Counted from the stretch's first letter, positions 49,380-62,297 are shown. The stretch: 64,000 bases of DNA from Malacoraja senta (GCA_038087875.1 CM075977.1:1116001-1180000), one strand, 5' to 3'. A program made the numbers and translations. The notes: generated by a model not told the origin, from the sequence alone.

Positions 49380-49940
49380 AAACTGAACAGGTCCTGTTTA
49401 ACAATGGTTCTTTGTGTAAAAATCCATTGCAGTGAGCATAAGCCAGCCCAATTTCATCAATAGTTTTGGGAGATTCAATTGGTCTTTCTCATTACCACAG
49501 CATATGTTTAGCACACCAATTTCTTGGCAAGAGTTGACAACCCTAAAATTTCCCCTTTTAGCAAAACAATTATATAATTTCTTGCATGAAATGTTTTGAT
49601 TCTTACAGACATTCATTATCAGAATGCATGGTAATTCTGGATAAATAATAATTTCAAATAATACTTGACCCCTTTCTGCAGCCTTACACATCAGAATTCT
49701 ACCCAAGTTTCCATTAATTCCTTTCAATCTGTTCAAATAATTGCAGAGAGATTTGATGGAAATTGACCGTGACTCCTTTCTGTATTATTCAAGAAGCACT
49801 CCCAAAGTTTCTGGACTCCAAATGAAAAACATTTGATACTGGGTTTCTGATTTGTTGAGGAAATATGGGGTAATGTCCACCTCTCACCTATCCCCGTGTA
49901 AATTGGAATGGAGGTGGTTCCTAATAATGAACCATTTATC
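49380..49940 (-). mobile_element. Very old CR1 endonuclease-region remnant
   Basis: Degenerate similarity to the CR1 APE segment (YRPP..., DFN.P.IDW region). Confidence 0.4.
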
Positions 49941-51249
49941 ATTTAGAGTATATTAGAAAAGTGCCTCTCAAGCCAATGACCTCTACCATCCAGAGGTTGA
50001 AGGGAAGTTGCACCAGCATCCTGGATAAAGAGGTCTACATGTCTGGCAGCCCAGTCACTGCCCTGGACATTAATTCCACATGCCACTGGTGCACAGTGGC
50101 TGCACATGGTATCATCTATGAAATGCACTACCAGTTATTCACCTTGCTTACTCTGTCAACATCTCCCAAACCTGCTATCCTTATCGGCAGCAGATACATT
50201 ACACCATCACATGAGTACCAGATCCTGACCTGGATCACAATTATCACTGGGTCTAAATCCTGGAACTCCCTTCCCAACACCTTCAGTAGAAGGTTCAAGG
50301 AAGCAACACCTCATCTCTTCAAAGGTAAACAGTGATGGGCAGTACACACTGACCTTAGGACTCTTTACGTGTCTGTAAATGACACGACAGAGTTACAGTT
50401 AAAACTGTTGTGATTATGTTTTGAAGATCTCACCTGGTGCTGCTTGTCTTGGAGCTTTTTTTTACATCAAACAGGAGATAAAATTGGAGGCAAGAACTGG
50501 TGGCCCTTTGTCTTACAGAGATGTAAATATTTAATCTCACTGTCGCAACTCAATTTGAAATATTTGACAGTTGGCTTGCAAATCAATAATTGGAGGTTTG
50601 GAAAATTGACTTAGGTTTCCAGGTTGATGGCGGGCTTCTTTTGAGGTATGGTAGACTATTCAAGGATGTCCAGTCAATCTTTCAGAAACATGATCCCACA
50701 CAAATAATGTCCTCAAGTCATGAGTCATACGCCATTTCTCCTACATGTACAGTATAAATATTTACACACTAGCCTACGAGTGTGACCACATGGTTTTAGC
50801 CTACTCTGTCACTTCAAGGAAACCATAGCCTTGACAGGGAAAATGAAGGCAGTAGTGACCAGCTCTGCTTTGTAACGGCAGTGCGGAGATCTTACAGAGT
50901 CCAGAGGCTATTATATGAGAAAGAATGTCAAACATAATCACGTTTGGCAGACTGAAGTTGCCCAAGTCACAAACAATTATGCAAAATACCAAAGCAACAG
51001 AAGTGTGGAGGTGGTGGAAACAACTCAATGTTTTCCAATCTCTTCATCAGTAAAGTTTACAGGCTGAAGCCAAAGAAGAAAGCAGCAGCTGGGTGTAAAA
51101 TTCAATGTCCTGCATTCACTAAGATTTTGCCATGAGTCTTTCAGAATGTATTACTGATTTTATTTTTAAAATAAACAGGCTACAAAATTGTTCAAAATCA
51201 AAATATTATTGCTTTTGCTTTCGAATCTGTGAATTGGTTGCTTTGTCTA

Positions 51250-51450
51250 GATAGACACAAAAATCTGGAGTAACTCAGCGGGACAGGCAGCATCTCTGGA
51301 GAGAAGGAATGGGTGACGCTTTGGGTCGAGACCCGAGCCGAAACATCACCCATTTTTTCTCTCCAGTGATGCTGCCTGGCCGGCTGAGTTACTCCAGCTT
51401 TTTGTGACCATCTTCGGTTTAAACCAGCATCTGCAATTCCTTCTTACACA
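51250..51450. mobile_element. Palindromic Penelope-derived short element with 14-bp TSD
   Basis: Inverted arms centred at about 51335; tgctttgtctagat on both sides. Confidence 0.88.
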
Positions 51451-51724
51451 TGCTTTGTCTAGATGTTCACTCGTTGCAGTAGTGGAAGGGAGAGAAAAGA
51501 CTTTGGCTCTCATTCTCCCATTTATTTCACTGTGACCTATCCTTCTCTCACCCAGGATGAGAGGTGGACCTCATTGAAACTTACCAAATAGTGAAAGGCC
51601 TGGATAGAGTGAACGTAGAGACTATGTTTCCACTAGTGGGGGAGTCTAGGACTACAGGCCATAGCCTCAAAATAAAAGGATAAACATTAAGGAAGGAGAT
51701 GAGGAGGAATTTCTTTGGTCAGAG

Positions 51725-52470
51725 CTTTCAAGGTTTCAAGGTCAAAGTCAGTTTATTGTCACATGAACCAATTAAGGTAGAGTGAAGTTTGAATTACAAT
51801 ACAGCCATACTTTAAAAAAGTGACAAGACACACAACTACATACAGTCAAAGTTGACATAAACATCCACCACAGCAGATTCCCCACGTTCCTCACTGTGAT
51901 GGAAGGCAATAAAGTCCAATCTTCTTCCTCTTTTATTCTCCAGCGGTCAGGGGAGTCAAACCATCCGCAGTTGGGGCGATCGAAGCTCCCGCAGCCGGCA
52001 GTCGAAGCTCCCGTGTTGGGGCGATCGAAGCTCCTGCGTTGGGGCGGTCTAAGCTCCTGCGGCTTGGAGTTCCCGATGTCGGTCTCTGACCAGAGACCAC
52101 GGGCTCCACGATGTTAAGGTCCGCAGGCCCCCGCGGTAGAGCTCAGAGGTCGATCCCTGGCAACGGATAGCGGCTCCGAGACGTTAAGTCCGCAGGCACC
52201 CGCGGTGGAGCTCTCAAAATCATTCTCCAGCAAAGGCCGCCAACTCCTTGATGTTAGGCCACAGTGCAGATGGCGATACAATACGGATCTCCGTCGAGGT
52301 AAGAGATTAGAAAAAGTTTCCCCCAACTCCCCCCCCACCCCCCCACTCCCGACATAAAACAAGCTAATGAACACTAAAAACATACATTTAACACATACAA
52401 ACAAACAACAAAAGATGGAAGGGACAGACAGATTGTTGGCGAGGCAGCCATTGCTGGCGCCACCCGGTGA
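51725..52470 (-). mobile_element. Non-autonomous LINE-derived element with GC-rich core, inserted in a CR1 3' remnant
   Basis: Tail ttcaaggtttcaaggtcaaagtcagtttattgtcac; 5' end gacagacag..ggcagccat..ggcgcc as in 34140-34790. The CR1 sequence resumes at about 52468. Confidence 0.65.
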
Positions 52471-53758
52471 TTCATCTGTGGAATTCATTGCCACATAAGG
52501 CTGTGGAGGACGTCTATGGATATTTTTAAAGCAGAGATTGATAGATTCTTGATTTTGTTGGGTGTCAGGAGTTATGGGGAGAAGGCAGGATAATGAGGTT
52601 GAGATGCAAAGATAGATCAGCCATGATTGAATGGCAGAGTAGACTCGATGGGCCAAATGGCCTAATTCTGCTCCTATCACTTAAGAACGAATCTATCACC
52701 AAGGATCCCTACCATCCACGCCATGCCCTCTTCTTACTGCAACCATTGGGCAAGAGGTACTGAAGTTGCACACCTCCATGTTCAGGAAAGTTACTTTCCA
52801 TCAGGTTATTGAACCAACCCGCATAACCCTGCTCCTACCTAGGCAATAGAACACTGAGGACCTCCTCTTGCACTACCGCACACTTGTTTTTTTAATTGCA
52901 TCTTGCACAGATGTGGGTTTTTTTGCACAGTCTCTTATCAATGCCTTGCAGAATTTATGTTGAATGTATGTAAATCTATGGGCCTGGTGATGCTGTTGCA
53001 AGTAAGATTTTCTTTGTACATGTACTCCACCATACATGTGCATATGACAATAAACTAAATTTGACCAAATTGGAGATAGACACAAAGTGCTGGAATAACT
53101 CCATGGATCAGGCAGCATCTCTGGAGAAAAAGGATGGGTGACGTTTTTTTTTCTTCGGACTCTTACCTAATTCTTCGAATTCTTGATTCTTAATAATTGA
53201 TCTAATTCTTCTTGACCTAATTGGAGCTCCTTTGAAAAGCCAGCACAGGCTTGATGGCCAAATAGTCTGCGCCTGTGCTATAAGACTTTACAATGGTGAA
53301 ATAAACTGAGGAAAGAATGAGGCCTGGCATTGTTACCCCCACAGTCAAATGGCCTGAGATTACTCATGGTCCAGACACATAATGGGATGGTGAGTTATTA
53401 CCTTTGAGAAGAGTCAGACATAAGAAAGACCATGTTAAGAAAGGCATTTCCAGGTTTAATTATCGCCTGGTAGCAATTTGCTATTGCAAGTGTTATCAAA
53501 GAGTTACAGAGTAAAGAAGTGTTTACTGTTGCACAATAGTTTAAAAGTCTGGATCTGCCCATTGGGTGAGTCATTGTGAGAAGCACAGGGGCCTTTTACA
53601 GATCATGTAGTCTGGTAAACCACTTCAATGCAGTTGGGAATTATTCATTTGTGGTTCAGGCATCTACTCCTGCACAGTGTTTGGCACTTCAATTGCCAGA
53701 GTTAAAGAGACCAAAGAGCAATGAGGCATGTTCTTCCTGTCTGTGCTCCATCGAACAG

Positions 53759-53861
53759 GAACTGTGTCGATTCCAATACAAGCGCAGTCCACCTGATAGT
53801 CCGGATACCTTATCGACACTTCTCATATCAGGAGCAGCAAGTGGTCAAGCAGATTGTGATA
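53759..53861 (+). CDS. Candidate internal exon (NCVDSNTSAVHLIVRIPYRHFSYQEQQVVKQIVI)
   Basis: Acceptor ttcttcctgtctgtgctccatcgaacag, donor gtatgt, 103 nt, phase 2 to 0. Confidence 0.45.
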
Positions 53862-54899
53862 GTATGTCTGGCCATGGTCGGCTCTTGTCACCCGAGAGGT
53901 TGGGAAAGAAACCAGAGACATAAAAGACATATTTTCTTCTCTCTGTCATGCTTTTGTTGGTATATAATGGGCCGAATATTCCATGTGGCACAGGAGCTGA
54001 TGCCAGGGCCTGCACAGCACAGGAGCAGGCCCTTCAGCCCACAAGGTCGAACATGATGGAAATGGCAAATACTAGAGGACATAGTTTTAAGGTTAGAGAG
54101 GTAAAGTTTAACGGGAATGTGCTGGGCAACTTTTTCCCACAGAGGGTGGTGAATGCCTGGATTGGTGGTTGAGGCAGATACAATAGTGGCAATTAAAGAC
54201 TTCTGGATAGGCATATGAATGAAATGTTGGGATATGAATTATGTGCAGGTAGATAAGAGATAGCTTTGGCATCATGTTTAGCACAGATATTGTCGACCAA
54301 AGGACCTGTTCTATGTCCTATGTTCTATGATGCCAAAGTAAACAAATCCCTTCTGCCTGCATGTGATCCTTATCCCACTATTCCCTGCAGATTCATGTGC
54401 CATGCAAAAGCCTATTGCATCTGCTTCCACCATCAGGGTCTCTGGTGCTGTAAGGCAGCAACTCTACTGCTGTGGGATTGTGCCAGATTAAACTCTATCT
54501 ACAATTTCACCAACCAAAACCTGTAACTGATCTATAACCTGCTGTTTCTTGTGACCACTTTTTTCACAATCCACAACTGCAACAATTTTTGTATCATCTG
54601 CATACCTTCATATCTCCTGCACATTGTCTCAACAAAATCCTCCACTGGAATGATAAGTGACCCAATATCAGCGTCCAATGCCCATAACACTGAGGCACCG
54701 ATCACACACATTCAGCTACAATGGGCCTGTCACAATGTACACATTAACTACACCGAGCTCCCAAAACAAGGTGCACTGTACTCTGAGTTCTGTCAAGGTA
54801 CAGAAGGAAAGATTCAAGCATGCACTAAAAGCCCCCTTGAGAATAAGAACCCCCCGGCAGATAATTGTGGGAATCCCAGCATTAAGACTACTCGCCATC

Positions 54900-55190
54900 A
54901 AGGCACAGTGGCGCAGCAGTAGAGTTGCTGCCTTACAGCGCCAGAGACGTGGGTTTGATTCTGACTACGGGTGCTGTCAGAACGGAGTTTGTACATTCTA
55001 CCCATGACCGCGTGGGTTTTCTCCAGGTGCTCCGGTTTCCTCCCACATTCCAAAGATGTGTGGTTTTGTAGGGTAATTGGCTTCTATAAATTGTCCCTAG
55101 TGTGTAGGATAGAACTAGTGATCGTTGGTCGGCGTGGACTTGGCCGGCCGTTGGGCTATTTCCATGCTGCATCTCTAAAACTAAACCTAA
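54900..55190 (+). mobile_element. V/HE1-type SINE
   Basis: Head ggcacagtggcgcagcagtagagttgctgcc, core and tail. Confidence 0.85.
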
Positions 55191-55374
55191 AATCAAGAGG
55201 GGGCATTCGGGATAGTATGGAGAACATCAATTCAATGCTTCAGGGGAATCCACAGACCCTACACTGGCAGATGAAGAGTGGACCACCTCCAAAACTACCC
55301 ACCCACCCCAGCAGACGCCACCTGCCCCACCTGTGGCAAAAACATCGGTTTTATCATCAGCCACCTCAGAATTT

Positions 55375-55695
55375 GGGCGGTATGGTGGTGCAGCAATAGA
55401 GTTGCTGCCTCACAGCGCGAGAGACCCGGGTTCGATCCCGACTACGGGTGCTGCCTGTACAGAGTTTGTACGTTCTTCCTGTGACCTGCATGGGTTTTGT
55501 CTGGGATCTCCGGTTTCCTCCCACACTCCAAAGACATACAGGTTTGTAGGTTAATTGGCTTGGTGTAATTGTATAAATGTATAAATTGTCCCTAGTGTGT
55601 CTAGGATAGTGTTAATGTGCAGGAATCGCTGGTCGGTGCGGACTAGGTGGGCAGAAGAGCCTGTTTCCGCGCTGTATCTCTACCATAAACTAAAC
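55375..55695 (+). mobile_element. V/HE1-type SINE
   Basis: A/B-box head (gacccgggttcgatccc), core and CR1-like tail. Confidence 0.85.
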
Positions 55696-56153
55696 CCCCA
55701 GAACCGGAGTGGAAGCAAGTCCTTGATCTCGAGGTACATTCTGAGAAACTTTGATGAGGAAGGTTGGAGATGGGGAGGCGGGGAGTGGGGGGGGGGGGGG
55801 GAAGTGGGGGTGGTTTGGGGGAAGCTGTTGCCATAATGCATAAAACATCAGCATTAATTGATGGGCCAAATAGCCCGTTTCTCCACTGCAAATTTCTCTC
55901 CATCTCCACCTCAACAAACACAGAGCAGCTGATCTCTATTAAGTTTGGTCGGCTTTAAGATGCTGCCCACACAAAGTTTCCCAGGCCTGTGGTGGCAGGG
56001 AGCTGAATAAATTTCAAATGACAAACACCATAAACTTTGCAGTCATTTCTTCACCAAACATAGCAAAAATGTTACCACTTCACACATTCATCTATGTATA
56101 TCTTTGGTTGGGTGTAATTCCTGGCATATGCAGAAAAGTTTAATATTTTTCAG

Positions 56154-56192
56154 CTGTGCAAGCGCTCCCATGGTCGCACTTACTGGAAGGGT
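56154..56192 (+). CDS. Candidate internal micro-exon (LCKRSHGRTYWKG)
   Basis: Acceptor taatatttttcag, donor gtgagt, 39 nt, phase 0 to 0. Confidence 0.45.
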
Positions 56193-56767
56193 GTGAGTCC
56201 ACTTCAGGGATAGTGTGGCTGGGTTTGTATGTGGAGAAAATGGTGGACTTTTGGGAGACAGTGCAACTTTATGTCAGTCTCTCTCCAGGAGAGACACACT
56301 CACTGCTCCTGCTTTCACAACTAGTCATTGGCAAATCCACACATTTGACAACATTTCAAATCCTTTTTTTTTTAGTTAATCTGGGAACCTTTTTGTTCTG
56401 TTTGGCCGGGGATTAGAAATAACGTCTTTAGCGCTTGAATAATAAGATATTTGAAAAAACTAATTTGTTGCGTTAACTTATTTAAAGACAGTTCCTTCAG
56501 GAATAGTGATTGTGATCTTGCTTTCATGCGGAGAAAGTCTTGATGTTGGTTCAACAGTGAACAGATCAAGGGCATAATCTGGCCTGGCTGCAAGTCTGAT
56601 GCTCAGGCTGGGATTGATCCTCAGAGTGTGCAGCAGGATTGATCACCAGACAAAGTGGGAGTGAGTTGGTGAGTATCTGGTGTTTCATTATGCATGCTTT
56701 AACCTGCCATGTTGGAACTGGGTGAACACAAGAATCTGACCCGACCTCCCCAACCTACAACAGCAGA

Positions 56768-57068
56768 TGGGTGGCACAGAGGTGCAGCAGTAGTTTCACT
56801 GCTTTACAGTGCCAGAGACCTGGGTTCTCATTGTGGCTACGGGTGCTGTCTGTATGGAATTTTCATGTTCTTCCTGTGACAGCGCGGATTTTCTCTGGGT
56901 GCTCTGGTTTCCTTTCATTCTCCAAAGATGTGCAGGTTTGTCCGTTAACTGGCTTTGGTAAATTATAAAATTGTCCCTAGTGTTAATGTATGGGGTGATC
57001 GCTGGTCAGCACGGACTCGGTGGGCCGAAGTACCTGTTTCTGTGCTGTATCTCTAAAGTCTAAAGTCA
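56768..57068 (+). mobile_element. V/HE1-type SINE
   Basis: Head, core and (taaagtc)n tail. Confidence 0.8.
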
Positions 57069-57296
57069 AAAGCAGATCCTGAATGGTTGGCAGATGAGTG
57101 AATAGGTTCAGCAACAAGCTGAAGAGGGAGTCAAGTCAAGAATGTTTTATTGTCATATGTCCTGAAACAGAACAATTATATTCTGCTCTGTCATTGAAAC
57201 TCAGTTCTGTGACCACACTGTCTTCATAGTTGGATAGTTGCCGAGAACATCCTCCATCCACGATGGTGGGAGATGCTGGATTTGGTCTCAGGCACT

Positions 57297-58897
57297 CAGA
57301 GCCGGATTTACCTATTGGCTTCATAGGCTGAAGCCTAGGGCGTCAAAATCTAGGGGGCCTCTGGCTAAGGTGTTTTTTTCCCAGAGTAAAAAAAATCCAG
57401 AGAAAAAAAAAATTGGTGCTCTATCAGCGTTTCCACTTTGATGGAAATGACCCGAAATTCTGATTCCAGCCCGCTGGAAGTTTTGGGAAAAAAATTGCGA
57501 CCGGGCCCGGGCCCACTGCGCAGTTGGGGGAAGCCGGTGACGCAGTAGCGACGCAAAATGACGCTGTCTCTATGCGCAGTGGGCCCGGGCGGGTTCAGAT
57601 CTCCATTTGCACTCCACACAATCACCTCGATGCCTCGTGTCTACTCTAGGTAAGTAGTGGAATATTGCTTTGTGGGAGTGCCCGTTTCTCCGGGCCGGGG
57701 GGGGGGGGTGGCTGCGGTGTCTGCGGCGCAGAGTCGGAGCCTTGCTGCGTGGGAGGGAGAGAGAGGGGGAGGGAGGGAGAGAGAGGGGGGGATGTGAGAG
57801 GGATAGGGGGGAGAGACAGAGGGGGAGAGAGAGAGATGGGGATGGAGAGAGAGGTGGAGGGAGAGGGAGGGAGAAGGAGGAGGGGAGAGAGGGAAAGGGG
57901 GGTTATCTTCAGTGAGATTGCAAAATTAAGGTAGGTTTTAGAGCAATTATATTTTCTCCTCCATATGAATAATATCAAACAATTGAAACTGCTTTCTTTT
58001 CCTTGATAACAATACTGAAAAATATGAATTCCATAGTTTGCGACTTTCATTTTGCATCATATTTTTAATGTGCACGCACTAACACAGTCGAACAGTAACA
58101 GGCAATCAAATCAACACACAAAACATTTTCTAAAAAAAGAGTTTATTTACTCCAAAAACACAGTATTTTATTTGCAGTGTTTGCATGTTCCTTTATAACA
58201 TTTTACATAACATTTTACAGTACAACTTGATTATTAAAACAAGGACAGCTTCAATTCTGATTTTAAAAAATGTATACAACAATGATCCCAATCATCCCAT
58301 ACCAACCACTCATTACTCTTGACTCAACCAAAATTATTTCTGAAATATTGGTCATAAATTTGGTGCAAAAATACTCAAAAATAAGGCTCAGAATGCAGCA
58401 GAGAGCATCTAAAACTTTAGAGCTTCCAGGGCCCGCTTAAGGTTCCAGGGTTCCAGCGACAAGGCTCTTTCAGCTTCGCGCTTGTGATATGCGCTGCGTG
58501 CACTTATTTCACATAAAAGTTTTGTAATCCTGCCATGCCACCCCCCTTTTTGAAAATCTTCGTACGGGCTTGGTGTATAATATTTTTGACTGTCATAGGC
58601 CTTTCTTACATATGCTGTCACAGCGCACTGTAGTCTCTAAACAACACTGTTTAGAGACTAATTTTCCTTGCCCTCCATTTCAGAATAATAGTGTTTTAAG
58701 CTGATAACTCGACACTAGCACTGGCAATAAATAAAAAGCGCAGCTTTAAAGCCCTTATCTCATTGGCCATGCTCGGCTGCACATCGGTGTCAATCTGGTG
58801 GACTCTTCCATCTTCCTCTCGTCGTGGGGGTGGGGGATTGGGAGGGGCCTCACAAGTGGAATAATCTAGGGCCTCTCTTCATCTAAATCTGGCCCTG
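57297..58897. mobile_element. hAT-type non-autonomous DNA transposon (1.6 kb)
   Basis: TIR cagagccggattta / taaatctggccctg; 8-bp TSD caggcact / caggcatt; internal GC-rich and (GA)-rich blocks; no transposase ORF. Confidence 0.82.
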
Positions 58898-59401
58898 CAG
58901 GCATTCTTTTTGCCACTCTGTGACTCGATGGGTCGAATGGCCTAATTCTGCTCCCATGTTGCATGGTCTTATTCGGCAGGAGTTATGGTCTTGTTCGGCA
59001 GGAGTGAGGTCACCAAATGAGGTGCAGGAAACCCAGTATCAACAGCTCCATTGATAAATCAACCCAGGGACAATTTAACACCAGGTCACGTGAAGATATT
59101 GACAAATATGACCAAATACCTGGTCAAAGGAAGAAGTAGAGAGGTGAAAAGAGGTAGAGAGGGGGAACTCCAGAGCTCAGTGATCGGATCATCGGATTGA
59201 ATTTGGGATGAGCCAGGGTGAGAGCTGGAGATTTGTAGGATTATAATGCAGGCGAACACTGCAGTAATAATGAGGGGATGAGCCATGGAAAGATTTGCAT
59301 GAAAGGATTTTAAAATCACAATGTCAGCCTACAAGTCAACGGGGGGGACAGCAAGCACAAGTGATGACTGGTTCAAGTTGAATTATTGCATGGTACTGGC
59401 A

Positions 59402-59601
59402 NNNNNNNNNNNNNNNNNNNNNNNNNNNNNNNNNNNNNNNNNNNNNNNNNNNNNNNNNNNNNNNNNNNNNNNNNNNNNNNNNNNNNNNNNNNNNNNNNNN
59501 NNNNNNNNNNNNNNNNNNNNNNNNNNNNNNNNNNNNNNNNNNNNNNNNNNNNNNNNNNNNNNNNNNNNNNNNNNNNNNNNNNNNNNNNNNNNNNNNNNNN
59601 N
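59402..59601. other. Assembly gap
   Basis: Run of N. Confidence 1.
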
Positions 59602-60961
59602 TGTTGGCATGTCAACGTATCTTTTACAATTGATAGACAAGTGAACGACTCCAGCATTTGGTGGCGTTATCAGGCAAATGCTCCCCCCCAGGATATGAAT
59701 CGTTGCTGCTTCAACTTTACGAAATGCAATAGTGTTCATGTGGCTCATGCCAAAGAAACATAAAGGAGGTGAGATCGACACACTAGCCACACTGAAGGGA
59801 CTAATCTGTGTTGAACTATTACGACTCGTTTTTCTGATGTCGCTGCACTTTGTTTTCCACATTGAACAAATTGCTTGATGCTTCAGAATACCTCACTGGT
59901 GGTACTTGTTGGTAATAAGGTGGAGATCAATGTTTGGACACTTGAATCGATTCAATTCCTCACTCCCGCACACAACCTCAGCTAGCCCATAGTCATTCAA
60001 AGCCATACAGACTGAGTGAAGGTGAGCAAGTCCCGGCTTGCAACTGTTGGCTTTCATACTCGTGGAAAGTGCCTCTTGCTTAATTTTTGGCCGGTTGTAG
60101 GGTTCTTCTGTAAAGTTTACTATTAATATTTGAATTTTCCAGACTAGTGGACTAAAGAGATTTGAAATCTGCATATCTTATTATTGTCTTTTTTTTGTTT
60201 TAATAATGAATCCAACATTTTTTTAATTGCAAATGTTAAACTTTTGCTTGAATGACTTATGTGAATATCTGAACAAAAATGTGAAATGTTTGAGAATTTC
60301 TGATGTGGCGGATAAAAATTAGAGCAAATAGAAACCTCCACTCTCAGCATATGAAAGTCTAACTAGTCTCTAGTCAAACAGTAAAGTGGGTTGAACAACA
60401 CATCTGTGCCCTGCATCAGTATGTTGTAGATGTTTTTATTATTATTTAGTCCATAAGCATAATTATTATACACTGGCTGCTCCATGGTGGTTAAACGGTG
60501 AAGCTCAAGTCAGTTTGGAATCTAAATTTGGGATCCCAGGGTTGTCCAGCACTGGGTATTGTCCACTCGGCTAGGGTGAGGAGTGCTCTACAGAACAACA
60601 CCTTGCTCAGGAGTGAGTTGAAGAGAGGGGTAATGCCAAAAGCTGTGTGAAAGTTAACAAACAATGCACAGTCCCTTGCCTGCTGACGATAAGCAAAGAT
60701 GCAAAAGCAAATATCCTGTGGACCAAATCTAATCTCATTGATACAGCGTGAACCACCTTTATCCAAATCAAGGAATTATTGAGGAATGATTGCATACCAC
60801 TATTAGAATAGAAGAATGCACCAGATGGATTTAAGGTCACAAGTGAGCCTATTCCTCGGTAGTGCAAAGAATTGCACTGCAAAGAATTGGTCACTGAAAA
60901 GCTGATCTTTAACGAGTGAACCATAGCTTAGGACTCTTGTATGTGTTTTTGTTTCTTCCAG

Positions 60962-61006
60962 AGAAAGGCTTCTCTCGGATTCTCCTACCTGTGCCACCCA
61001 TCCCCC
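60962..61006 (+). CDS. Candidate internal micro-exon (RKASLGFSYLCHPSP)
   Basis: Acceptor tgtttttgtttcttccag, donor gtgagt, 45 nt, phase 0 to 0. Confidence 0.45.
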
Positions 61007-61994
61007 GTGAGTATTTTGACATCCTCCACCGAGCATTTACCCATTTCACGAACGCGAATGCGAAATGCACATGAGAACACATTCAAGGAACATTTATTTG
61101 TTGAAGGATGTAATTCTTATGTCTGTCTTTGATTGATGGGAAGAAGGTGAAAATAGATTTTGATCATTTCTATTCAGTGTGAACACATTGTCAGGAGTGC
61201 ACAAGACTTTCGAGCGAGAGCTAGAATCGTAGGTTTGTATCTGGGATTATGAGTATCTACAATGTGTCTGTTAAACATTGACATTTGTTTACATTTTCTT
61301 ATTAAAATTGACTTAATTTTCTGGTAATTTTAAAACAAAAATGGTGATTTTCTTGATGTATTCAGCAGTAAAGTACTGCGATTTTTTTTTTTTTTAAGAT
61401 CATTTTTGACATGTTATTGCAAATAATAACCAAAAATGTACATGTAAATCATTAAATCTCATAAATTTGCAAACATTTGACAGTCTTTATGTAGTCTATA
61501 TCATTCCCTGTAGAATGTTATCATAGCTCCCTATATTTATTTAAGTTGCTACATATTCCAAAATGCAGATTGTATTAGATAAAGTTATGAGTCCTACATA
61601 AATAAATATTTTTGATAACACAGAACACTTGTTTATTCTTTATCCCATGAGCAATAAAAGAGGTAAGTGCTCCATCAGAGGCACTGAATATGTGCATCCT
61701 TGGAAGGTGGTCTGAATGAAGGAAGAACTGAATATGGGACCTTGGGAAAGTCATTTATATATATATTTCACAAATATCAGATGCCCGAGGAACACAACTG
61801 ATCACAGACCTTCACCCACAATATCACTACTATACGCTCTCTTCAATGAGTAAACCAATCCTGAACCCAAATTAAATCCAAATTACCAAATTACTGTGGA
61901 TCCCATGTGTCTTAATCTGGACCTGAAGTATAGAATGTGTCAGGAGAGTGGCTGCGATGCTCCCATGTACCTGAATACAGCTGCCTGAATACAG

Positions 61995-62297
61995 GGTGGG
62001 AACAATGGCGCGACGGTAGTGTTGCTGCCTTACATCGCCAGGGGCCCAGGTTCGATCCTGACTATGGGTGCTGTCTGCACGGAGTTTGTATGTTCTCCCC
62101 GTGACTATGTGGGTTTCCTCCGAGATCTTCGGTTTCCTCTCACACTGCAAAAACATACAGATATGTAGGTTAATTGGCTTGGTGTTTGTGTAAATTGTGT
62201 GTAGGATAGTGTTAATGTGCGGGGATCGCTGGTCAGCAAGGACTCGGTGGGCTGAAGAGCCTGTTTCTGTGCTGTATCTTTAAATTAACTAAACTAA
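61995..62297 (+). mobile_element. V/HE1-type SINE
   Basis: Head, core and (taaac)n tail. Confidence 0.85.

Noticed and set aside
50898-51068. Possible exon after cttacag (SRGYYMRKNVKHNHVW...)
   Set aside because: Weak polypyrimidine tract, no convincing donor, and it does not fit the phase chain of the other candidate exons.
54900-55460. tRNA genes
   Set aside because: The tRNA-like A/B-box heads run directly into SINE core and tail; no complete cloverleaf is visible.
59893-60174. 93-aa minus-strand ORF as a terminal exon
   Set aside because: No recognisable homology and no linked minus-strand exons were found; the length is within chance expectation.
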